This document shows, in pieces, positions 29,614-41,200 of a stretch of 64,000 bases of DNA (position 1 is its first letter; each line of letters opens with the position of its first letter). The notes beneath the pieces are model-generated. The model saw only the letters and a list, made by a program, of their open reading frames with translations. It was not told the DNA's origin and ran no database searches. The translations under genes were made by a program, and so were the position numbers. This DNA comes from Balanoglossus misakiensis (Eukaryota; Animalia; Hemichordata): positions 466,542-530,541 of the forward strand of contig CM082583.2 in the NCBI GenBank assembly GCA_040954595.2, given 5' to 3'.

Positions 29614-29835
29614 GGGGTAGACCATTTGATTCTTGGGAGCTGGAGGAATTATTTCCCAAATGGTGACTGTTGAGCATTTAATTTTTTGGTATTGTTCAAC
29701 CAGGTTTTTCAAAGCTTTGTCGGAATCATACTTGTTTGTTTTTTACTTAGCCCGCACGAACATTTTTTTCCCGGCTAAAAAAAAAAAACTTTCGACAATT
29801 TTGTCTTCACCCTCTGAAATCAAGTGGTCCACCCC
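29614..29835. mobile_element. PIF/Harbinger-type (Tourist-like) MITE
   Basis: 18-bp TIR ggggtagaccatttgatt / aatcaagtggtccacccc (16/18 match). TAA on both flanks (29611-29613, 29836-29838). Confidence 0.75.
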
Positions 29836-30144
29836 TAACGAAGCGGAAAGGGCAGAATGCGATTGTTAAACATATGTTCGGATGGCGATTTTGCCACTTA
29901 CTATCAATAAATATTTACCGACAACCACCTAATCAAAGCTTTGCGATATCTAGTCTTTGATCCGTGGCTAGAACTTATCAAATTTAAAGCTAAAAGGTAA
30001 ACGGACAGGGGTTTAGTTTTGTTTTACATCGGCTACATCAGTCGCGGCTCCGCGTGCGTCTCACGCGATCGTACGCCTACTGCGCCCGGCCTGGGTCCAA
30101 AGATACTGATGCCCACTCCTCCAGACAAATATCAACAATTATAT

Positions 30145-30452
30145 TATACCAGTATATTGATGGTGTAAATCACGCTATTTGATTGGTCGAGACACGACAC
30201 GTGACCGTGATATATTAGCCATATACCACAGTCATATATCATAGTCAAAGAAAATGCCTTTTTAAAATGTTTTATGCAAAGTTTCAATATACTGGCATAA
30301 TATAATAGCAATAAAACACCCCCAGCCATGGTATATCACTCGATTTTGACCAGTTCAACTCCATATACGCACTCGCTATCGCTCGTGCGTATATGTCGTG
30401 AACTGGTCAAAATCTCGTGGTATACCATGGCTGGGGGTGTTTTATTGCTTAA
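30145..30452. mobile_element. Compound inverted-repeat non-autonomous element (two adjacent hairpins)
   Basis: ttataccagtatattga (~30145) is inverted at tcaatatactggcataa (~30284). It is followed by a ~145-bp near-perfect palindrome agcaataaaacacccccagccatggtata...tataccatggctgggggtgttttattgct. Confidence 0.7.
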
Positions 30453-30769
30453 TTTAACAAGGATACATACCTTGAGCCACGTTTGCGTTTCGATCATTGG
30501 ACTCAGGAGTGAGAAACCTCGAAGCACAGTCAGTGAAGCACAGTATGATGTTCGTAGCGTCTTTCAGAAGCGTCCTGTAGCGTCTGATCGACGCATGTTG
30601 ACATTAAAAACACCGGATGTTTATCAAGTTTATTGTACAGGCACGGAATCCTTGAGACACGTGATTGTGAATTTAACGTTGATTGGTTATTAGTTCGGGG
30701 ATATTCTTACAACCAATCAAAGTTGCTGCCTTTGACTTTTGCGGGAATTTTGAAAAGTCAACCTATCCT

Positions 30770-30790
30770 CAGCAGTATAAATACCATGTC
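30770..30790 (+). promoter_or_regulatory. Candidate TATA box of the second CACTA gene
   Basis: gtataaata ~55 bp upstream of ATG 30835, with CCAAT-like motifs (gattgg, ccaatc) further upstream. Confidence 0.4.
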
Positions 30791-30834
30791 GTTTATTACA
30801 ACAAACTCAGAAGTTCTTTGCATCGTCTTCAACT

Positions 30835-33800
30835 ATGAATGAAAATACGTTTTGTGGTTGCTCCGCGGCTCAACAAGTACCGGCAATGCAGATGTCCCTA
30901 AAGGTAATAGAAGAAAAACTCTCAGCGCTTCACGCAACATCAGCAGCCCGCAGAAAATCCAAGATACATGTTAGCAACATCGTGTCTGTGAGTATGATTC
31001 TTTCTTTTTAAATACAACTCTCGCACCATAGTTAATCGTCCGTTGTTTAACATTAATGCAATGGGACACACGGGCAACCTGAAGTTGTCCTACGGGGCCA
31101 TAAGCCGATCGGAGCAGACCTCGGTATTAGCATGGAGGTCTGTGGTTGTAGCTTTATGGTAGGTCTCAATGGAAGGTGATCAGTACGTGGTATAATAATA
31201 AAGTACTGTAAAACAGGTTATTTTCGTGACAGGAAATTTTTGGCTCTCGCGTATTTCGCGACCGATCACGAAGCGATCTTTTCGCGTGCCTGTGTGTGTA
31301 GGTCTTTACCGAGACACGCACCTGCTATTTCCAGCTACGGACCGGGGGACTGAAGCTTCGCAAGCACATAAAGCGTGAAGCTTGTTGGTACGCATAATTA
31401 AGCTTCCTGAGGTCGTCAAATAGGGGTAGCCTGACACGGCCGTCGCGTACATTTCTTTTTAACATCGCGTACATTTTGCGATTCGGTGTGGAAGGGCTCT
31501 TATGTTTGAAAGATTTTAGGAGAACTTATAAATTGAACACTGAAATACTCAGTCGTCACCTGATAAATGTCAGAGGTCAATACTAGTATCACAGTTTGAA
31601 TTTGCATATGTCATTAATGCTACACATTCCTGACAAAGCTACCAAACAATAGCATTACAATAGCATTGTTTAACAATCTGTGCATCAGTGTCTCTTGTTG
31701 TGACCATTGGTTATAATGGGGTACAAGCTTTAATTATATGGTGGTCACACAGGGAATAAATATGTGTGAATGAAATGCTTCAGATTTGAGACGCTTTTTT
31801 CAGGCCAGACCTGAGCTTGTGTAACTAAGGATTAACACCTCCAACCTATCTGTTTGGGGCCAGGTGTCAGGTGGACACATACAATGTCAGGTGTTTAATT
31901 TTACCCAGTGTGACACTTGGGCTACTTTTTCAGTATTTTTGTGGTTAATTTCTGAAATATGCATAACATTTTGACCTTTTTGTGCGGAACCACATGTTGC
32001 ATAAATGCTTGTTTTAGTAACCTTTACAATGCAAATTTTGATAGTGGCCAGTGCTGTGCAAAAGATACATTTCAAGAAATATGCACTTAGGCCTATCTAT
32101 GCCTAGCCTGGTCACCATACCCAGCGTGTTTTCGATGTGTGTGAGTCTATCTAAAACACACTGGGTATGGTGACCAGGCTAATCTATGCCATAAATGTTG
32201 ATTGATAGGGTGATTGAAGCAAACAAATGAACTGTCAGAATGTTTTAAATAAAAATGATTTAACAATTTTACTAACATAGTACTTTATATTTTCACCCCA
32301 GAGAACAGTCCGTGCAAAGTACAACTTACTGAGGCAGAGGGATGACTTTCCTGGTCTTAATGTCACTGAGAGGTATTTACATTTCTTCTCTATTTTTAAT
32401 GTTGTGAAGTACAGGTGGACCTTTTGTATAGGGATAAACTGTGTTTACGCCATCTTGAAAATTTGCAGTGCATTATGGGTCACTTGAGTTCCGGTTGAGG
32501 GGGAGTAGCGCCTACAACCTATCCATTTTTTCCTGCGGTTTGGTCAGATTTTCTTCAAGTAACTACTACTACTAACGTTACTTGAAGAAAATCTGACTAA
32601 ACCGCTGGAAAATTGGATAGGTTGTAGACGCTACTCCCCCTCAACCGGAACTCAATTGACCCATAATGCACTGCAAATTTTCAAGATGGCGTAAACACAG
32701 TTTATCCCTACATGTATGTTATTCAAGTTTTCAGTTGTAAAGGTCTTCATCAATTTAAAGATATACATTCCAAGTTGTAAGAATGAAATTTCTCACAGTC
32801 CAAAATTGCCTTCCCATTCAGCGTGAATTTGATAACTTATACGTGTAATGCCACTATTCTATTCACAACTACACAATGATATGTTAGTAATAAAATGTTC
32901 CTATTAAATTAAATTGATCATTTTTCCATCACAGAAGCCAGTGGATTATGTTTTTATCTTTGAATTGTGCTGATGACTTTGCATACCCCATACAATAGTT
33001 TTTTTGACACAAGAATTAAGTTTACTTATTTAAGATACAATAAATCTATATAATTATACCTGCATCCGTCAGGGGGCTGAAATGAGACAACACTATATAG
33101 TGATAGGACACTGAAACTTGGGTTTAGGGGCCACATTGATGTGGGTCATTGAAAAGAGAGGCCGCATCGACCAAGGCTGGAACATGTTGGGGCCAGAATT
33201 CTAGAAGCCACATACTTCATCTGTTTAGCCTAGGATAACTTGACAAAAAATAATTAAATGGTTCATGAAATTTCTCTCTTTTTTTATAGATTTGATGCTG
33301 TGGAGAACCAGCAATCATGTGAAATTTTGCTGCAGGAGTTAAGATGTGATGACATCAACACACTCGAGGCCAAAGGTAAATGGATTTTGATTATGATATA
33401 ACATTAAATATCTGATACTTTTAATTAATATTGCAAAATCACAACCCTTTGCGTTGGATCATGGAGGCACTCTTAGTACCGCCATGGTTGGATCAAAGGA
33501 AAGTCCTCTACTTACTTGAGCTGGACATATTTACTTATAATATGCTCACATTCCTTCTAAAGTTGAAGCTTTAAGGAGATGCTAACATGACACATACAAA
33601 AGTAAAAACAACTTAGGCTGCTTGCTAATTTTCTGTTAATTCCTATTACAGAAGCAATCAGAACATTTTTTCGGGGGCAAAAAAAAACAAACATCGGTTG
33701 AATAGCCAAGGAAAGACAGAGGCCCACAAACAAACATGCCGTCGACAGGGGCGTAAAAGAGAGGTGAGTAGCTTCAAGTTTATGTCTAATACTGTTGTAT

Positions 33801-34405
33801 GTACCAGTTAGGTGACTGCGAAAGTTCCATCTGTTAATGTAACAATTGGGTTCGTTGAGTAAAAAAGAATAATATTCTTGTCTTTTTTGTTAGAGATTTT
33901 TTATATATAAACAATTACAAATCCAATGATGGCAATAGGATCTTGTTAAATATGAGCTCTACGTTGATTTTTTATTGACAAATCCTATGTTGTTCATTTT
34001 CAGAAACTCAAACAACTTCAGTCCTCCCTGAAATCGGTTGACTGGCCTGAAGAGGACAAGGGGAAAATTAAACGCGTACTAACAGCTGAGTATATCTCCT
34101 CGGAAGAGAGCGATTTTGATGATGAGGGGAAGATCAAGCAATACATAAGACGTCCTCTGACCTGGCAAAGGAAAAAGTTGCGTAAAAGCAAAAAACAGTT
34201 AATGGACATTTATTTAAAATCTCTATCGGCAAAGCAGCGCCAGCTTCGCCTTCCCAGGTCAGATGGACCCCCCTCTTCCAGGGAGCGGCCTGACTACCCA
34301 GAGGATTGGGCAGTCAGGGTTGCGTCTGGGTTAAGTCAAGATGATTCTGCGTCTTCTTCTGGAACCACAGGTTCTCTGGAGGAGGGATGTACTAGTCCCC
34401 ACTGA
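30835..34405 (+). CDS. Second gene of the CACTA element, C14orf93/DUF4616-like, ~274 aa; predicted join(30835..30987,32302..32372,33290..33375,33652..33763,34004..34405) with a 1-nt frameshift in the A9 run at 33679-33687
   Basis: Five GT-AG exons that stay in phase apart from one missing A. The translation includes AIRTFF..K, basic CRRQGRKREKL, LTAEYISSEESD, RRPLTWQ and RSDGPPSSRERP...WAV. This resembles the MSDEED...RPP.FR...GPPS.R.P pattern I recall for C14orf93-like proteins. Confidence 0.7.
32104..32181. mobile_element. 78-bp TAG...CTA MITE with 9-bp TSD (AcademH-like)
   Basis: tagcctggtcaccatacccag...ctgggtatggtgaccaggcta, with atctatgcc duplicated on both sides. Confidence 0.8.
32429..32710. 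mobile_element. ~280-bp palindromic (foldback) MITE
   Basis: tagggataaactgtgtttacgccatcttgaaaatttgcagtgcattatggg... is mirrored over nearly the full length. A second copy lies at 57557-57837. Confidence 0.9.
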
Positions 34406-35039
34406 TTGATATTGTACTTCATTTTATAATGTGTTTATTTATTTTGTTTTTCTATTTTTAACTAAATATTTCTACTTGACTTTTCATTTTTAATGACATT
34501 TGAAATTACTTTAGAATTGTTTTTACTTGTGTTTGTGATTTTTATTTAATTTCGTATTTTAGTTCGTAAAGGTTATTCTTTCAGTTTTTTACTTTCTAGT
34601 TTAATAAATTTTTCATTATATTGTAAATAGTAGTACTTATAGTAATAAAAAATCATAGAATTCATGACAATGTCCCACTGCATGTATATATAGCTTGTGT
34701 ATGTGTGATCTATTTGACGGTGGTGGAGTGTACTGGTACGTGTGCAGGAATGAAAAGATTGGCTGAAGACAAAGCTGGCCACAGAAAAGAACTATCACTA
34801 ACATATATTCTACCCTTTAGTTATACATGAAACAATAAGTGTACTGGACAAAGGAGGTATAAGTCTTTCATTGTTAATGACACTTATTCCCCCAACATTC
34901 GTAAACTCACTGTGGATAAAGTGAATATTCCAAAAGGAGAAATGAGAATCAGAAGCCAAAGCAAATATTCTGATCATTCTGACATAAAGCTGTATAAACG
35001 TGACGCTAGGTGTATAGAAATTCATCCTTTTATTCACCT

Positions 35040-35250
35040 TTATTAGAATGCATAAATGTGATGCAAGGTGTACATGAATTATTCACCCTTATGAGAGTGC
35101 ATAAAGGTGATTATTTGTGGTAAGCCATTATACCAATTTATAGAGTTGCATAAAGATGTATAAATGAATATCTTTATGCTGCATAAAGATGATTGCAAGA
35201 ACAGCTTTAATCATATTTATACCAACTTTAAGCATTGCATAAACCTGGGC
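35040..35250. repeat. Right subterminal repeat cluster of the CACTA element (TGCATAAA)
   Basis: atgcataaat, gtgcataaag, ttgcataaag, tttatgctgcataaag, ttgcataaac. Confidence 0.85.
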
Positions 35251-35262
35251 TTTCATCCTGTG

Positions 35263-38200
35263 AAACCCGACGTGATTACAGTTGTTAACTTACGCCAGTC
35301 TGTGTCCTATATATAGTGCCGGGGCATCAGCCGTGCCAGGCCGAAGGAAATGTGAGTAGATCAACGTGGTCTCTGTACGCGTGTTTCTGCTCTAGAGTGT
35401 CAGGGCTTTAGCAAAGCCATGCCGTAGGAAATCTGACTTGATCAACGTTGCTAGCGAACGCTAGTGTCTGTCATAGTGTGCCGGGGTTTTAGTCGAGCCA
35501 AGCCGTAGGAGATCAGACTTGATCAACGTGGTCTCTGTACGCGTGTTTCTGCTCTTGACTGCCGGGGCTTTATCCAAGCCATGCCGTAGAAAATCTGACT
35601 TGATCACCGTTGCTAACGTACGCTAGTGTCTGTCATATTGTGACGGAGATTTAGCCGAGCCAGGCCGTAAAAAATCGACTTGTTCAACGTTACCAGTGTG
35701 CAACTGTTTCTGCTCTAGAGTGTCAGGGTTTTAGCCCATTTATGCTGTAGGAAATCAGAGTTGATGAACGGGAATTCAATGTTAGAAAACCCGTGTGGAA
35801 AGTATCTCTACTCGTTTGAAACTAAGAAAAGAATTTATTCTTATTTATTTTGTAAAAAAGACAATGTTTCGAAACAAAGGCGAAAATGGTAATTTTGTCT
35901 TGGGTGATTCAAATTATACCACCTTTTCTGGAATTTGCAGCACTTTTTACAAGAGAACGACACTTCATGCTCCATAATATTTCCGAAAATGAAGAAAAGA
36001 GTTAATTTTTTATGATTTTTTAAAATTTTACCATTTTTGTCAAAATATGGCCAAAATGGCTATTTTTTCTTGAATTCCGTCAATATCTCTGCATTTTTGG
36101 AGTGGTCGAAACTTTTAACATACAATCAACATGTCATATATGATCGGGGCACCAAATTCGAAGAACAAAGGTTTTTTTATTTTTTTTTCTAAAAATGACA
36201 TTTTCAAGGAAAATTTGGTAAAACGCAATTTTGTCTGCAGTGAGCCAAATTAGACGGTCTTTTGTGGAATTTGTATCGATATATACATACGAAGAGCATT
36301 CTATACTCCATCAGATTTCCGAAAATGTAGAAAAGGGTATTTTTTGTAATTTTGAAAAATTTTCCATTTTGACCAAATTGTGGCTAAAATTGTTATTTAA
36401 GTGTTGAATGCCGCCAGTGTCACTGCTTTTAAAAGTCATAAAAACTTTTAACATACAAGCCATTCTTTATATATGATCAGGTCACCGAATTAAAAAAATA
36501 AAGAATGTTTTGCCTAAAAATGACCTTTTAGGTGCAAAAACGAATAAAACGTAATTTTGTATTAAATCAGTTCATTCAGAGTGCATTTTTTATAATCAGC
36601 ACCATTTTTACATATAATGGAAATTTCATACATCATCAGATATCCAAATATGAAAAAATGATTTAGATTTTAGATGATTGTCCAAAATTAGCTGATATCT
36701 AATAAATGTAGTATTGAACCGTTCTGTTTCCCCCCCCCCCCCCCCTATATTATATGCGGTACGCCGATGTCAGCTTACCCGGCAGTACTGCAGGCCGTGC
36801 CCCCAACTAACGTCGGTGTTTGTAACGCCCTGGTTAAATTCGGGCTTTCTCTATAAATTGACAGGCAATAATGCAGTCCTACCCGAACAAATGTCGAGTG
36901 TTGACCCGCTGTGACTTTCCCTCTTCGGTTTGCCCGACTTAGCCAACGTCTTTGTACTAGAGTGTCGGGTCTTTTGCAGAGCCAGGCCGAAGGAAATCCG
37001 ACTTGATCACCGTTGCTAACGAACGCTAGTGTCTGTCATAGTGTGCCGGGGTTTTAGTCGAGCCAAGCCGTAGGAGATCAGACTTCATCAACGTGGTCTC
37101 TGTACGCGTGTTTCTGCTCTAGAGTGCCGGGGCTTTATCCAAGCCATGCCGTAGAAAATCTGACTTGATCACCGTTGCTAACGTACGCTAGTGTCTGTCA
37201 TATTGTGACGGAGATTTAGCCGAGCCAGGCCGTAGAAAAATCGACTTGTTCAACGTTACCAGCAACTGTTTCTGCTCTAGAGTGTCAGGGTTTTAGCTGA
37301 CTTATGCTGTAGGAAATCTGAGTTGATGAACGGGAATTCAATGTTAGAAAACCCGTGTGGAAAGTATCTCTTCCCGTTTGAAACTAAGAAAAGAATTTAT
37401 TCTTATTTATTTTGTTAAAAAGACAATTTTTCGAAAAAAAGTCGAAAATGGTAATTTTGTCTTGGGTGATTCAAATTATACCACCTTTTCTGGAATTTGC
37501 AGCACTTTTTACAAGAGAACGACACTTCATGCTCCATAATATTTCCGAAAATGAAGAAAATAGTTAATGTTTTATGATTTTTTAAAAATTTACCATTTTT
37601 GTCAAAATATGGCCAAAATGGCTATTTTTTCTTGAATTCCGTCAATATCTCTGCATTTTTTGAGTGGTCGAAAGTTTTAACATACAATCAACATGTCATA
37701 TATGATCAGGGCACCACATTTGAAGAACAAAGGTTTTTTTATTTTTTTTTCTAAAAATGACATTTTAAAGGAAAATTTGGTAAAACGCAATTTTGTCTGC
37801 AGTGAGCCAAATTAGACGGTCTTTTGTGGAATTTGTATCGATATATACATACGAAGAGCATTCTATACTCCATCAGATTTCCAAAAATGTAGAAAACAGG
37901 TATTTTTTGTAATTTTCAAAAATTTACTATTTTGACCAAATTGTGGCTAAAATTGTTATTTTCGTGTTGAATGCCGCCAGTGTCACTGCTTTTAAAAGTC
38001 ATAAAAACTTTTAACATACAAGCAATTGTTTATATATGATCAGGTCACCGAATTAAAAAAATAAAGAATGTTTTGCCTAAAAATGACCTTTTTGGTGCAA
38101 AAACGAATAAAACGCAATTTTGTATTAAATCAGCTCATTCAGAGTGCATTTTTATAATCAGCACCATTTTTACATATAATGGAAATTTCATACATCATCA

Positions 38201-41200
38201 GATATCCAAATATGAAAAGATGATTTAGATTTTAGATGATTGTCCAAAATTAGCTGATATCTGATAAATGTAGTATTGAACCGTTCTGTTTCTCCCCCCC
38301 CCCCTACATTATATGCGGTACGCCGATGTCACCTTACCCGGCAGTACTGCAGGCCGTGCCCCCAACTAACGTCGGTGTTTGAAGCGCCCTGGTTAAATTC
38401 GGGCTTTCTCTATAAATTGACAGGCAATAATGTAGTCCTACCGGAACAAATGTCGAGTGTTGACCCGCTGTGACTTTCCCTCTTCGGTTTGCCCGACTTA
38501 GCCAACGTCTTTGTACTAGAGTGTCGGGTGTTTTTCAGAGCCAGGCCGAAGGAAATCCGACTTGATCACCGTTGCTAACGAACGCTAGTGTCTGTCATGG
38601 TGTGCCGGGGTTTTATTCGAGCCAGGCCGTAGGAGATCTGACTTGATCATCGTGGTCAATGTACGCGTGTTTCCGCTCTAAAGGGCCGGGGCTTCAGCTA
38701 AACCAGGCCGTAGGAAATCCGACGTAATCACCGTTGATAACTTACGCCAGTCTGTGTCATATAGAGCCGGTGCACCAGCCGAGTCACGCCGTAGGAAATC
38801 TTACTTGATCAACGTGGTCAATGTACGCCTGTTTCTGCTCTAGAGTGCCGGGGCTTCAGCTGAGCCAGGCCGTGGGAAACCCGACGTGATTACCGTTGTT
38901 AACTTACGCCAGTTTGTGTCCTATATATAGTGCCGGGGCATCAGCCGTGCCAGGCCGAAGGAAATGTGAGTAGATCAACGTGGTCTCTGTACGCGTGTTT
39001 CTGCTATAGAGTGCCAGGGCTTTAGCCAAGCCATGCCGTAGGAAATCTGACTTGATCAACGTTGCTAACGAACGCTAATGTCTGTCATAGTGTGCCGGGG
39101 TTTTAGTCGAGCCAAGCCGTAGGAGATCAGACTTGATCAACGTGGTCTCTGTACGCGTGTTTCTGCTCTAGAGTGCCGGGGCTTTATCCAAGCCATGCCG
39201 TAGAAAATCTGACTTGATCACCGTTGCTAACGTACGCTAGTGTCTGTCATATTGTGACGGAGATTTAGCCGAGCCAGGCCGTAGAAAAATCGACTTGTTC
39301 AACGTTACCAGTGTGCAACTGTTTCTGCTCTAAAGTCTCAGGGTTTTAGCCGACTTATGCTGTAGGAAATATGAGTTGATGAACGGGAATTCAATGTTAG
39401 AAAACCCGTGTGGAAAGTATCTCTACCCGTTTGAAACTAAGAAAAGAATTTATTCTTATTTATTTTGTAAAAAAGACAATTTTTCGAAAAAAAGTCGAAA
39501 AATTGCAATTTTGTCTTGGGTGATTCAAATTATACCGCCTTTTCTGGAATTTGCAGCACTTTTTACAAGAGAACGACACTTCATGCTCCATAATATTTCC
39601 GAAAATGAAGAAAAGAGTTAATTTTTTATGATTTTTCAAAAATTTACCATTTTTGTCAAAATATGGCCAAAATGGCTATTTTTCTTGAATTCCGTCAATA
39701 TCTCTGCATTTTTGGAGTGGTCGAGAGTTTTAACATACAATCAACATGTCATATATGATCAGGGCACTAAATTCGAAGAACAAAGGTTTTTTTATTTTTT
39801 TTTCTAAAAATGACATTTTCAAGGAAAATTTGGTAAAACGCAATTTTGTCTGCAGTGAGCCAAATTAGACGGTCTTTTGTGGAATTTGTATCGATATATA
39901 CATACGAAGAGCATTCTATACTCCATCAGATTTCCGAAAATGTAGAAAACAGGTATTTTTTGTAATTTTCAAAAATTTACCATTTTGACCAAATTGTGGC
40001 TAAAATTGTTATTTTCGTGTTGAATGCCGCCAGTGTCACTGCTTTTAAAAGTCATAAAAACTTTTAACATACAAGCAATTGTTTATATATGATCAGGTCA
40101 CCGAATTAAAAAAATAAAGAATGTTTTGACTAAAAATGACCTTTTTGGTGCAAAAACGAATAAAACGCAATTTTGTATTAAATCAGCTCATTCAGAGTGC
40201 ATTTTTATAATCAGCACCATTTTTACATATAATGGAAATTTCATACATCATCAGATATCCAAATATGAAAAGATGATTTACATTTTAGATGATTGTCAAA
40301 AATTAGCTGATATCTGATAAATGTAGTATTGAACCGTTCTGTTCCCCCCCCCCCCCCCCCTACATTATATGCGGTACGCTGATGTCAGCTTACCCGGCAG
40401 TACTGCAGGCCGTGCCCCAACTAACGTCGGTGTTTGAAACGCCCTGGTTAAATTCGGGCTTTCTCTATAAATTGACAGGCAATAATGCAGTCCTACCGGA
40501 ACAAATGTCGAGTGTTGACCCGCTGTGACTTTCCCTGTTCGGTTTGCCCGACTTAGCCAACGTCTTTGTACTAGAGTGTCGGGTCTTTTGCAGAGCCAGG
40601 CCGAAGGAAATCCGACTTGATCACCGTTGCTAACGAACGCTAGTGTCTGTCATGGTGTGCCGGGGTTTTAGTCGAGCCAGGCCGTAGGAGATCTGACTTG
40701 ATCATCGTGGTCAATGTACGCGAGTTTCCGCTCTAAAGTGCCGGGGCTTCAGCTAAACCAGGCCGTAGGAAATCCGACGTAATCACCGTTGATAACTTAC
40801 GCCAGTCTGTGTCATATAGAGCCGGTGCACCAGCCGAGTCACGCCGAAGGAAATCTGACTTGATCAACGTGGTCAATGTACGCCTGTTTCTGCTCTAGAG
40901 CGCCGGGGCTTCAGCTGAGCCAGGCCGTAGGAAACCCGACGTGATTACCGTTGTTAACTTACGCCAGTCTGTGTCCTATATATAGTGCCGGGGCATCAGC
41001 CGTGCCAGGCCGAAGGAAATGTGAGTAGATCAACGTGGTCTCTGTACGCGTGTTTCTGCTCTAGTGCCGGGGCTTTATCCAAGCCATGCCGAACAAAATC
41101 TGACTTGATCACCGTTGCTAACGTACGATAGTGTCTGTCATATTGTGACGGAGATTTAGCCGAGCCAGGCCGTAGAAAAATCGACTTGTTCAACGTTACC

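Larger units (their letters stand above)
18214..35262 (-). mobile_element. Full-length CACTA/EnSpm (CMC) DNA transposon, 17,049 bp
   Basis: Termini CACAGCACGAAA and TTTCATCCTGTG form a 12-bp TIR with 2 mismatches. The 3-bp TSD AAA lies at 18211-18213 and 35263-35265. The empty site gtaggaaacccga is present in other satellite units. TTATGCA/TGCATAA subterminal motifs cluster at both ends, and an EnSpm transposase is inside. Confidence 0.95.
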
